Assembly (NCBI GenBank): GCA_977018835.1
Contig: OZ361256.1
Location: 806,001 to 870,000, forward strand
Length of the DNA: 64,000 nucleotides
Reading direction: 5' to 3'
From: Minutocellus sp. GHC0000111
Taxonomy: Eukaryota
Each line of letters begins with the position of its first letter. Position 1 is the stretch's first letter. Positions 1 through 11,600 of this stretch are shown here, one piece after another. The notes under the pieces were generated by a model. The model saw nothing but the letters and a program-made list of their open reading frames with translations. It did no database searches and was not told where the DNA came from. The position numbers and the translations under genes are program-made.

Positions 1-1075
1 GCCTATATTTTGGATCCGATGATAAGGTGGAGAAACTATTCGAACGAAGTCTCAAAGGAAAGTTCAATATAGATTTCAATGGGCAAGCAAATTGGTTCCT
101 CCACATGAGGATCCACCAATACGAAGACTTCTCCATATCCATCGACCAAACAAGATACACCAAAGTACTCTTACGCAAGTATTGCCCAGATGATGCACCA
201 TTTGGTATCCCAAAGCATAGAAGCACCCCAGCACCACCTACATATCTATACAGCAAAGATAACAGGCCAGATGAAAATGAAAAGATTAAATTGGCAAAAG
301 ACTATCACGGTTTAGATTTTAGGTCTGCTGTATGCTCATTACTATATCTAGCCCTAGGTACCAGAGGAGACATCCTTTTTATCGTGAACAAGCTTGCTAA
401 AGCTTGTACTAATCCAGGACGCAAGGACTTTGAAGCATTACTCTGGCTTTTCGGATATCTACGCTCCGAACAATCCTGGGGATCAAAATTTTATTCTCAC
501 ATCAAAGAAAGTCCAGTATATGACATACTGACGAAGCAAGAACCATCAAGTCCGAACTTGTCGTCTTCACCGATGCATCATGGCAAGATTGTCCAGATAC
601 GGGGCGATCGACCACAGGATATCTGATATTCTATCGAGGTGGAGTAGTGGAAGCTAACTCCATGCTACAGGTACCCATAGCTATGAGCAGCTGTGAAGCC
701 GAAGTAATGGCCGCATGCTCAGGATGCATGGCGGCAGCGCACCTCCACATGTTATTATATGACATGAAATATCTCGGCACAAAACACTACAACAACGCTC
801 AATTGGCACTACCAAATCCACCAACCATCATCATGGTGGACAACCAAGCTGCGTGCAGAATGTCAATGAACGACAAACTTACCAAACACACGCGACATAT
901 ATCACGCTGATATCACTATGTACGCCAAGGAGCGAAGATGAAACTCCATACCATCAACTGGTGCCCCGGTGATGACATGCTCGCCGACATCATGACAAAG
1001 AGCACGGACCCGGCAAAGACAACGCCGCACCGAGAGCGCGCTTACTTCAAATTGCCGAATTTCTTGGAAGAATAA
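1..1075 (+). mobile_element. Ty1/Copia LTR retrotransposon pol 3' end (RT C-terminus + RNase H), disrupted
   Basis: RT motifs WFLHMRIHQ..ISIDQTRY and FRSAVCSLLYLALGTRGDI. After a frame change near 540 comes RNase H VFTDASWQDCPDTGRSTTGY..AMSSCEAE..VDNQAA..TRHISR*YHYVRQ..MLADIMTK. In-frame TGA at 908-910; stop at ~1075. Confidence 0.93.
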
Positions 1076-1358
1076 AGCAGAAAACGAAGTGAAACATAAA
1101 CATCATATGGCAAAAAGACTTGATCGAGCCGGCCTGCCTCGCTTACGTCCCCACTCTAGACACATTCAAGGTTGGGGACATCGAAGGTCCGGCTCGAAAA
1201 TTCCGCACACAGGCCGAGCTATCGAGGGGGAAAAATCACGCACAAAAAACGATGACGACGCACGAAAATTTGCTCTCATTGGCGGCCGATTCGGGGGCGG
1301 ATACGAACAAAAACCACAACAATCAACCATACAAACGTTTTCATACATATCTTGGGCG

Positions 1359-1536
1359 TGTGCAGGGCTGTCGATGGCCACGATGCTACTCTCAGGCATT
1401 AGGCATTGGGACCATCTAGAGTCTAGAAATAGCCAAGTAAGCCACTCTGTTTCAACTAGATCTAGATCTACTACGCTTAGTGAGAATGGCGGTGAATTCG
1501 AATACATGTATGTATGTACCGTGGTGCCGACCAACA
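1359..1536 (+). mobile_element. Candidate 3' LTR of the Copia element
   Basis: Lies after pol and a G-rich tract (ttgggcgtg), starts TG and ends CCAACA, with imperfect terminal inverted similarity. The 5' boundary is uncertain (1359-1369) and there is no second copy in the window. Confidence 0.45.
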
Positions 1537-1868
1537 AAGAGCAAGGATGATGTCGATGGACACGGCATCGTTCGAAAGATACTGGTGGAAGGCAGAACGG
1601 GCGACGCGAGGCAGATCAAGGTCGAACCCTGCACATTGATATTCTTTTCCGGCGCCCATAATGACATTGTTGGCTTGAAGTGTCATGCAGCAGCAGATGT
1701 TTCACCTCGGCCTCGCTCATGTTTCTTTACAGGAAAAAACTGGGCTCATTCTCTGAGCCCCCCTCAAAGCAAGGCATCCACGCAGCATCTAGGCGCATCC
1801 ATCTGCCACTACGTAGCAACTTCTACTTTGCTACGAGCTCGTAACTAAGCAGCAGATCAGTGGGCAGA

Positions 1869-2171
1869 ATGGAAGACACCGTGCCGGCCGATGCGGAGGG
1901 TGAGGTGCCCGCCGACGTCGTCGCTGCTGTTGCCTCGGCCTCCAACGACGACGACAATGTCACCCCGACGTGCGAGGAAAACGGTTCGAGATCCAGCAAC
2001 CGATTGACCGAGGGTATGCTGCCTGCCAAGAAGTCGCCTGCTTCGGCGTCGTCCAACCTGGCTGTGCTGCTTCAACGGAGGGATGCACTGGCGTCGGAGC
2101 TGCGTGGTCTCGATGAGCAGATTCGGGAAGCCACTACATGTCACTCCACAAATAAAAGTAAGGTCCACTGA
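1869..2171 (+). CDS. Small hypothetical protein with C-terminal coiled coil
   Basis: 100-aa ORF from ATG 1869 with an acidic N-terminus and heptad segment LAVLLQRRDALASELRGLDEQIREA. Confidence 0.5.
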   Translation: MEDTVPADAEGEVPADVVAAVASASNDDDNVTPTCEENGSRSSNRLTEGMLPAKKSPASASSNLAVLLQRRDALASELRGLDEQIREATTCHSTNKSKVH

Positions 2172-2204
2172 AGTGTTGTATTTACCAGACACATATTGGA
2201 ATTC

Positions 2205-3053
2205 CTACCTACCACCACCATCCACCGCATACACGACGCCGGTTCGCAATACGTACTTGATACCGTCCAGTACCGGATCGGCCTCGTGCTCCAAGCATCG
2301 ATCGCCGTGCACGTGCAACAAGACGGCACCCTGCTCCGGCACAAATGCAACACCGTCCTTGCCCTCCGCCCCTTCTTTCTTTTGCTTCTTTGTCTTCTTC
2401 TTGGTATTGCCAGCTGCAGACGAGGACGGTGGATAAAATCTCGTGGCCCCGCCACGACAATCTGATAGATATATCAATACCGTAATCTCAGTATGAGCTG
2501 TGTCTCCCAACGAGGGTACACCGTTGGACCCGTCGAAGTGCCGACCGAAGCTCATCCCCTTCTGATACTTGTACAGCCGAATGTTTTCGTTCAACGCCAC
2601 GGGAACGTACGTGGCGTCGGAATGCGTCACGCCCACTTTGTTCGCCACCTGCATAACGATCGGTCTCATACGTTCGTACAGCGCGTCGGCAACATGGGCA
2701 TCGTCCATCTGTATTCTCCCGCATTCGCGCTGGGCTATGTACCGCGTGGCGGCATGGCACACGGATTCAAACCCCCCGCCGACGTTGTTGTGCTCGATGG
2801 CATCGATCCACAGCTGACAATCCGACGGGGAAAGGAAGTTGCGCGATACGTAGACGTGGTGCGGGTAGAGCTCGGTGATCTCTGGTATGGTACCAGTAGA
2901 TGGGGCGCCTTTGCGACGTGGAGGTTTGCAGGCCTCCACGAGATGAGGAGGGAAGCCGCTTGTGCTGTTATTGGCAGCTGAATGATTTGTAATGGAGATT
3001 TCGCTGGCGCTGGCGCCACCGCCGCTTCCCCTCTTCTTCTTGCTCTTTGCCAT
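2205..3053 (-). CDS. 2OG-Fe(II) oxygenase, prolyl-4-hydroxylase-like
   Basis: NFLSPSDC, LNENIRLYKY, HFD (HxD), ITVLIYLSDCRGGATRF, HEA, KYVLRT. Confidence 0.9.
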   Translation of the reverse strand: MAKSKKKRGSGGGASASEISITNHSAANNSTSGFPPHLVEACKPPRRKGAPSTGTIPEITELYPHHVYVSRNFLSPSDCQLWIDAIEHNNVGGGFESVCHAATRYIAQRECGRIQMDDAHVADALYERMRPIVMQVANKVGVTHSDATYVPVALNENIRLYKYQKGMSFGRHFDGSNGVPSLGDTAHTEITVLIYLSDCRGGATRFYPPSSSAAGNTKKKTKKQKKEGAEGKDGVAFVPEQGAVLLHVHGDRCLEHEADPVLDGIKYVLRTGVVYAVDGGGR

Positions 3054-3367
3054 CTTGCGCGTACTAGCTCTTGTGGGTGGCTGGGTGTGGCATGCCGGCA
3101 GATCGGCAGTATCGGCAGCATAGCATAGCAGCGGCCGCCCTGCCTGCTGACGACCTCATTTTCCACACGCCTCCGGGTTCCCCACCTCAGTCCATGCATG
3201 CCATGGCATCCATCTCGTGCTTCGAGTTTGAGCAAAACAATTGACCAAAACTAAAAATAGTTTAACGCATGTAGATCTAAATGCACGTCTCTCAATTCAT
3301 CCAAATACATGTAAATCCAATCATCTTTTAACCGAAACCGCTTTATCCATCTACTACTGAGCCACCA

Positions 3368-5931
3368 TCATACATAGGTAGCCTCCTGCTGCTGCTGCTT
3401 TGCTCCTTCTTCAGAATCGAATTTATCAGCTTTGCCGCCATCTTCCTCCTCATCCTCGACAATATCCACCTTCTTGATGCTTTTACCGGATTTCCAAATC
3501 TTCTTCTCATCGGGTAGATCCAACCATGCCATTGTCTTGGGTGCAGCAACTCCGATGAGGAAAAGGAAGAAGGCAAAGGCGGCGGTGAGAATACCCAAAA
3601 CCTGATAGGGCCACGTAGCATAACCTTCGTAATGTCCAAACAGGCTCTCTCCCGCAGCATTGTCAGCCCTGGCCAAATTGATAAAGAGAATTAGAAGGAG
3701 ATGGGGGATCACATGTCGAATAAGGATGCACCAGATGGTGGGGACGTGACCAATGACAGGTTGGAGTTCCTTCTTCAGGTCAAACATGTTGGCGAAATAT
3801 AGCTCGTATAGACCATTTTTGCTCAGCATGCCCTTCTTCTTCATAAAGACCAGGCAGATGGCCAAACAGGCAAGGTAGAAGACGACAAGGCCAACGAAGC
3901 CGGCCCAGATGGCGTGGTCATTCTTGAGACCAAACCAAAGGCCGCTCGCCAAAATGATGGAACCGAAATTGCCAAATAGAAAGAAGTGAACGACGGGAGC
4001 TCCGAGGGTATCGATGGACTTCTCGATTCCGTAAATCCATCCGACAGAAAATGTTTCCAACAGCCCAACTACGACGTATTGACAAAGGAGAGAGTTTAGA
4101 AGAAAAAGAGGTTTTGGCCGTGAGAGCTCATTAACGACAAAATCCAAAATTGAGAGTCAAGACAGCTCAAACGGTAGGATTCATAATACTAAATCTCACC
4201 AAGCAGCATGACAAAATTGATGTAGAAATCAATGGTATCTAGGAAGAAGAGGCCGGCGTCGGTGGCATAGATAAACCCAACGAGCCAGGCAAAGAGACAG
4301 GCCACACCGGCAACGATGAACTTGGATTTGTCCTGGAACCTCACTGTATCTCTGACGACGGTCAATAGACCTTCGAGTAGGGAGAAAGCTGAGTCAATAC
4401 CCAAGAGAAACAAGTCAAAAAACAACAGTCTGACCCAATGGACGCCGCCGGGAAGAGTATTGAGCACGACGGGCCAAGTACCGAAGACGAGGCCAAATGA
4501 CTCATAAGTAGGAAACTCTCCAGTTTCTGACAGATATGCCAGATGGCCGATACTGGCGAACACGGCGAAGCCAGATATGAAGGAAAAGAGACAGTTGGAG
4601 CAGGCAATGACACACGAGTTGGCAAAGGCTGGCTCGCTCTTCTTGCAATGCGACCCATACGCGGTCATCACGCCGAAAGTCACAGACAGACTGAAAAAGA
4701 TTTGCGAGACAGCTCTGCTCCATACATCTGGCTGCTTAACGAGGACGCTGGTGTCCCAGATACCAATGTACTTCTGGATGCCATCTTCTGCTCCAGGTAG
4801 GGACACCGCCCGTCCCAGAAAGACGAACAGGAGAACAATTGGCAAACCCATCGTGAAGTACGTAATGCGTCCGGTCCATTTCAGCCCCCAAGCGACACAA
4901 AGCTGTGTTGGTTAGCGGTAAGAAAGAAGAGGTCCAAGTGAAAGAAGAGGTCCAAGTGGTCAGACAGAGGATACATGGTGTAGACACAGAAAGGGTGATA
5001 AAAGGTTTTCATGCATGCAAACGTCAGAATACTTACGTAAATGATGAGCCACCCAAGAAAGGAGTAGCCAACATTCTTTCCAACAAGACGAGTAGGACGG
5101 AGATCGGGCGAGTCCCAGACGGTGGACATACCAATGATATCGTTGAAGAAATACATCACGGCGTCATCGCCAGTCGGGGGAGGATCCTGCTTCCAAATGG
5201 CATCTGCCGAAAAGGAATCGAAGAAGGCATTGCTGTGAATATGGGTCAAGGGGATTGGTGTGAGATAGATTTTGCATGAAGATAAATGCAAACGGCAGAT
5301 TTTGCAAATTGAATAAAAAGAATCATATATATTGCAACTCACATCACCCAAGCGATTAGCATTGTGTAGTAGCAGACCAGCATGTACGAGCAGGCAACGG
5401 ATGATAGACCGACGCCTCGAAGACGGCAGTGAATCGACCCGAAAACGCCGACGTCGCCAGTCTGGTGGAACTGGCCAAGAGCGATCTCCAAGAAGAGGAT
5501 TGGGATGCCAATAACGAAGAGGGCAATCACGTATGGAATGAGGAAGGCGCCACCTCCATAATCGGCGGCAAGCTGAGGGAACCTCCAAACATTGCCAAAT
5601 CTGGAGGAAGTGATGGGTTGCAGGTGGGGCGAACAAGTGAGCATACTGGTATATGTGCGTTGAAGATAGATGAGGTAGATTGAAATACATGTGGCGAATA
5701 AATAGGCCTAAACCTAAACCGGAACGAGAAGCGAACTACTCACCCAACAGCAGAACCGACGGCGGCAAAGAAGAAGGCAACACGAGAAGACCAGCGCTCA
5801 CGTCCCTCATCCTTGCCGATGATGGTACCCCAGACGGAGCTGCGGAAACGGACGAATCCCTTGGCCTCACCGGCATCAGTTGGGCCAACAGCATCGTCGA
5901 CAGCACCTTCAAAGTGCTCGCTCTCTGTCAT
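3368..5931 (-). CDS. Sodium:neurotransmitter symporter (SLC6/NSS family), 5 exons
   Basis: RERWSSRVAFFFAAVGSAVG|FGNVWRFP, GGGAFLIPY, LEIALGQ, WSRAVSQIFFSLS, LLGIDSAFSLLE. Introns at approx 5745-5603, 5345-5234, 5037-4904 and 4199-4068. Confidence 0.93.
4923..4958 (+). repeat. 18-bp perfect tandem duplication (aaagaagaggtccaagtg x2) in an SLC6 intron
   Basis: Seen directly at 4923-4940 and 4941-4958. Confidence 0.9.
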
Positions 5932-6450
5932 GGTAAGGCTACGGTGTTGCGTGATGCCATTGACGACGCGACGAAGGTGCGAACAGGCTGCTGAGTAAAC
6001 TTGCTTGCTTCAACTTTGGTCAATGCGAGCTGGCAAATATATACAAAAGGAAACAAATAAAGAACACAGGTTGTCATGCAAGATTTGAATTCTGATTCAA
6101 TTGATGCCATACCAACGCGTGGGTTCGATTCGATCGAACAAAAAAGATACACGCCTACTTTCATTCTCTTTATGCGACAACGAAAACGAACTAGGAGGAT
6201 ATTTGAGGAATAGGAAATGCACCCTGCCGTTTCAATGAGATGTTTTCTTACCAAATTGATTGCTTCAATCAACTTCTTGATTGATTATTTTAAAAAAGCG
6301 TTCGGCCTCGGATCGCTCCTTTCTCGTCATTCCATTGCCGCTTCGCTTTTCTGAGATGCCAACATGGATTTCGCACGGCCCTTCTGTCTGTCTGCACGAA
6401 GGCCCCATTTTCTGCCCCATGCCCATCATGGCCCCCCCTTTTCAATGCCA

Positions 6451-6476
6451 GAGTCGAGTCGAGTCAGTCGAGTCAG
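6451..6476 (+). repeat. GAGTC pentamer microrepeat in the divergent SLC6/FKBP intergenic region
   Basis: gagtcgagtcgagtcagtcgagtcag. Confidence 0.6.
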
Positions 6477-6659
6477 CTAGACCCCCGGTCACCGGCGGGA
6501 TGGCGCGATCTGCCCGCCCGACGAAGCAAGGCGTCAAGGCGTGTGTGCTCGAGTGCCAACCAGCAAGCCTCTTCCACCATATTAGCTGAGCAATTGAGTG
6601 GATTGAGTGCTTGTCTTCACGAATTCTGCTCAGTCAGATCCATTTGTTGCAACTCTACA

Positions 6660-7046
6660 ATGGGCGTCGAAATCGAAGTGATCAAGGCCGGCGACGGCGC
6701 CACCTATCCCAAGAAGGGCGACATGCTCACCATGCATTACACCGGCACCCTTGCGTCGGACGGCACGCAGTTCGATTCGTCCGTTGCCAAGGGCCGGCCC
6801 TTCCAATTCGTCATCGGCATCTCTCAGGTAATAATGGGATGGGACGAGGGTGTGATGAAGATGTCGTTGGGCGAAAAGTCAATGCTCAAGATTAGCTCCG
6901 ATTATGGCTATGGTGCGGCGGGTGCCGGCGGGGTGATTCCTCCCAACGCCGATCTCAACTTTGAGGTGGAATTGCTGGCCATTGGCGATACCAAGGCTCC
7001 GGGATTTACCGGCAGTAGTAGTGGCGGTGGTTGCGTCATTTGCTGA
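6660..7046 (+). CDS. FKBP12-type peptidyl-prolyl isomerase with C-terminal CaaX-like tail
   Basis: MGVEIEVIKAGDGATYPKKG, HYTGTL, FDSS, GWDEG, YGYG, VIPPNADLNFEVELL; ends GGGCVIC*. Confidence 0.95.
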   Translation: MGVEIEVIKAGDGATYPKKGDMLTMHYTGTLASDGTQFDSSVAKGRPFQFVIGISQVIMGWDEGVMKMSLGEKSMLKISSDYGYGAAGAGGVIPPNADLNFEVELLAIGDTKAPGFTGSSSGGGCVIC

Positions 7047-7361
7047 TATTATTGACCGAGTGGTATGAAGATATTGGTGTTTGTGGAAGATATGTTAGTA
7101 TTATGCAATCGAACTGAATCCAGATATATGCTTGACGGAACTAAAAAGGAATGATGAGCCGGGTCGAATCATGCCACCAAGAAGACTCTAGCCAATATTG
7201 TGAGCGATTCACCATTAGTACAATGTGGCTCAAACATTAGATAGCTCGAGAGCTGTAGCTAACTCGACTACGGTCAAGGCCTTCAGAGTGTATCCACAAT
7301 ACATGTAGCGAATACAATCTCGGTATGTTCACCCCGCAAGCGACTATCTCCGTAGCTAGCT

Positions 7362-8239
7362 CTAGGCACGCTGCCTCTTGCCGCCACCAGCCGCCGCCGT
7401 TCCCACCACGGCGACATCATCACCTTCGTCCTCGTCTTCGCTATCGTCCAACAGGTCAATCACCTCGCCAGAACCGCCACCACCACCACTGGACGAGGCA
7501 GACGTTGTTGATACCGCCGAACGCTTGGTGGCACCCTCGCTGTCCTGACTATCACCGATCTCGACCACCTCGTCGTCGTCATCCTCGTCGTTGTCTTCGT
7601 CATCATCCGAAAGATCAATCCCCACCGTCCCTCCACCATCCTCATCCCCTGCACCGCCACTCCCAGCACTACCGCTTCCACCGACGGCCTTGCGCTTCCT
7701 ACTTCCGGTGGCACCAGCACCCCCACCCTTCTGCTGGGCCGCCATGCTGGTAGTAACGGCGGTAGTCTGCATGTGGACCAGATAGTTCTCGAACCTGCCG
7801 ATACCGAGGGCGTTCAGACTCCGTCCGGTCGACTTGAGCTCCCGGCCGAGGTGGAAGAGGCGCATCTGCCGCTTCTTGATGGTTTGGGTGGTGGTGGTGG
7901 TGGTAGAAGAAGAGGTAGAAGAGGAGGGGAGGGCGACCAGCGAGGGACACTGGGCGGCGATGGACGACTTGAGGGCGTCCAGGGTGGCCGTGAGGGGCAG
8001 AGATACCTGTTATGTCGTGTTCGATCATCGGGTGGTGGTGTTTTGATGAGGGGGAATTTGAATCAGGGAGTTCAACAAGACGGACGAATTAATCATTATT
8101 GGCACGGACAGACGCGAAGGCTATTCAACCAAATACTCCTACTGCACGCAGTAGATCAAAACCAACCAACGAACACTGCTCATCTACTCACCTCCCCGTC
8201 GGCGGTCCTCAGGACGGTGATGCTCACGTCGTTCGTCAT
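7362..8239 (-). CDS. Ubiquitin-like domain protein with acidic tail carrying several SIM-like motifs (2 exons, 230 aa)
   Basis: Exon 1 8239-8192, GT-AG intron 8191-8007, exon 2 8006-7362 in frame. Ubl pattern TLDALKSSIA..QMRLFHLGRELK..SLNALGI..LVH. Confidence 0.75.
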
Positions 8240-8626
8240 CTTTGCTTGCTGGGTGGACTTCCGTTCTTCCGTTTACTGGAATCTCAATTGAATTTTGAAA
8301 TTTGTTTGCGTGTGAGAAGCGAGTTGGAGATTGAAAGGCAGTGGTGGCGGTCGAGTAGTAGCAGCAGGCCGTAGTCAGATCGTCTCTGCTTCTGGTCTCC
8401 TGACTGCTGGTTCTCTCGGCCTCTGACTTTACTGGCTGATTTGATTGATTGATTCCAGGTCTGGTATCTTGGTCCCGTCGCGGGATCAGCCGAAGGCCCT
8501 GCTCCACAGCTCGCTCATTTCGCTTCAGCATTTCGTGGCAGCGTATCCCCGCTGCCTGTCTTCACCTGCGCTGGCCTCGTGAGCAGCTAACCAAACGCAG
8601 TCAACAACGCACCGACGACCAGAGCC

Positions 8627-11600
8627 ATGTCCTCGGACGCCATGGAGGTGGACCCCACCCATGAACACCCGAGCGGCGGTCCGGCAAACAATGCAACAGC
8701 AGCGGGCGTATCTGCCACCGCCGCCGCACCATCGCGAAGCATGGCAGCAGCCGGCGGCGGAGGTGGGCTCCACGATGCCGCCGCTGCCGATGCCTCGGCC
8801 CCGTCATCTACAAATACTACTGCAGCTACCGGAACTGTAAAGGAAGCCGCGGCTCCGTCGTCGGCTGCACCGACCGGGGAGGCATCTGCTCCGCAGCCGC
8901 AGGCACAAACACAGGCACAGCCGCAGGCACAACCGCAGAAGCCGCCCCGTCTGCTGTCGTCGGACCTGCGCCACGCGGCGTCCGATGCCGCCATGCAGGC
9001 CATGCAGGCGGTCCTGGGCGGCGGCAGTGCCGGCGGCATTAGTGGTGGTGGCAATGGTGGCAATAGTTGCGGTGGTATTGGTAGCAGCGGCAAGGTGCAG
9101 ACAAAGCAGCAGACTTCTGCGGAGGAGGGGGCAGGAGCAGCCGCTGCAGCTGCCACTGCAGCGTCTGGCGCCGAGGACGCTCCCGTTCCTGCCGGCAGAT
9201 CCAGCGGTACCGGTGCTGGTACCTGCAACGGCGGCAGCAGCTGGAGCACCCTCCGACCGGCTCTGGTCCCGGCCACGGCCCAGACCCAATCCTCACCCAA
9301 GTCCTCCACTTCCACGTCGTCGAGGAGGATCGCCGAGTCGGCCCTCAACCTGACCCTGGTGGACCCCGACCGGTACGGATGGACGGCGGCGGGCGGGATC
9401 GCCGATCTGGCCACCCCCCACCAGGTGCGTTGCGTCGTGGCTTGTGGCTTGTGGCTTGCGGTTGGATGTGTTTGTGCTGCCTTGCGTAGAATTTGTTGTG
9501 TCAATGTGTTGATGTTGGCGTGCTGGCGTGTTGTTGCAATGTATCTCTCATGTTTCTATTGGGGTACCATGGAATTGATTCGCATCGAGTTGTAGCCTAC
9601 ATGCTCCTGTGGCGTGCGTGTATGTGCCCTTTTGCGCACCTTGTTACCATCCATCTTCTTATACTCATTCATATTTGATGGTTTTGTATGCGTTTCCCCG
9701 CGAAAACAATGCTTGCACGGGCGCAGAGGGCCCGCTCCACCGAAACCAGGGCGGCGTACACCGCCCGGACCGTCCCGACCATCCAAGCGGCGCAGACGTC
9801 CCTCTCGGCGCTCCCGATCGCGCCGCCGCTGCTTTGGCCCAACGGCAGCTCAACCTGCAGCAGGCCCTGGTGCAGGGGGGGTACAGCGCCGAGGAGGCGG
9901 CGGCCAAGGCGGCGGAGCCGGAGACGCAGGCCCGGTTGATGGTGGCGTGGGAGGAGCAGCGGCGGCGGGAACGAGACCAGCTGCAGCAGCGGCAACAGCA
10001 GCAGCAACAGCAACAGCTCGGGGAGCGGGTCCAGATGGCCCGGGATCGGGCGTTGGCGTTGCAGCGTGCACCGCCAGCGGCCACCGGAGCAGGAGGGCCC
10101 GTACCAGCACCAGTGCACGCGCAGCCGGTCAGTGTAGGGGGCGGGGTCAACAGCTCGTCGCTGGCGCGGATCCGAGCCTTGGCGGCAAACGATCGGGCCG
10201 GGGTTGGTGGAGGCGTGGCAACGGGAGCTCCCGTATCTGCAGCATCAACAGCGGCAGCATCAGCACCGGTACCACTTGCAGCACCAGCACCAGCGGCACA
10301 GGATGGTGACGGGGATGGTGCAAGCAGCAGCGCGGCCGCGAGTCGGAGGAGCAGCGGCGTCATTAGCGTGGCGAGCGATGCCAGCGACAAGCTCAAGGCG
10401 ATGGCGGCGCGGCAGCAGCAGAGGAGGAGCAGGGTGGAGATATCAAGGCTGCAGCCAAGGATGGCAGCGATCGCGGCAACGACGGGAAGCCCAAGATTGC
10501 CGAATTTAGCATTGGAACGAGCTCGGATGTGCCACTTGTGGCAGGTGCGGCATCTAGTGGAGCAACGAAACCAGCGGAAGATAGCGCGGGTGGTGCTGCA
10601 TCTCACGACTTTGGCAGGAGTGCCGCTGCGGCAGCAGCAGCCCCGGAACGGACAAGCGCGGTGGCATCCAAACAACATGCTGATGCCGCCGCTAGTCTGG
10701 TCTCGCTGGCAGCTGGGCCATCCCCACCGCCAAAGGAGACCGTGCCAGCAGCTGCCACCGCCGACAAAGCCGAAGGTGCTCCGAGCGGAAGTGAACCTAC
10801 TCCTTCGGCGCAGGGAGAGTCAGCGGAAGCGACTTCAAGTGCAAGACCAAAGAGCAAGAAGAAGAAGGTAGCTCCAAAGGATGAGGTCATTACACCACTG
10901 GCGCTTGGCGAGGGTGGTCTCGTGGACATCTATGCGTACCACCGAGGCCGAGCTGGTCTGGAACCGCGTTCGCCTCGCATCGGTGAATTGCTGTGCGATG
11001 TTGCTCCCAGCGATACTGGGCAGCAATTTGCAATGAACAAGGAGGCAGAAGATGGTAGCGACAAGAAGTTCATCGTCACCATCGACATTAGCTTCCCTCT
11101 CTGTGACATGGAGGATATTTTAGAAGAGGAAGAGGAAGAAGAGAATGCCACTGCAGTCGTCGCCAGTCAAACTGCGCAGGGCAAGTCGGTGGAAGAACCC
11201 GCTGGTATGAGTAAGGACCCTCCGCTTCAGCGACAAAACTCCCGCGATGCCAATCATGCGGGAACCTCGCGCCATTTATTGTCTCGGGAAAATTCTGCTG
11301 TATCACAACAATCGCGAAAGAGTTCCAGCAAAGGTGTACCGGCAGAGGATGATAAAGACGCCTGCCCAGCTATTCCGCGCTTCCATGATCAGATCGAATG
11401 GGACCTCTCCTCTCCCGACACACCAACGGCCATGGCTTACGCCACATCAGTTGCCAGTGAGTTTGGTCTGAGCTTTGGTCAAACTCTTGATCTCGCCTCC
11501 TCTATTCAAGAGCAAATCGATACATTTGTTCGAAAGAGCGGAATTATCCGACCACTTCCTTATGCCGCCAAGGATCCTCTCGGTGCCGATCGACCTGCCA

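Noticed and set aside
1089..1550. ORFs downstream of Copia pol (possible env-like ORF)
   Set aside because: Short, non-ATG starts, no convincing features; more likely 3' UTR/LTR sequence.
8587..10929. Long antisense and alternative-frame ORFs (305, 337, 231 aa)
   Set aside because: Shadows of GC-rich, Ala/Gln low-complexity coding sequence; no motifs.
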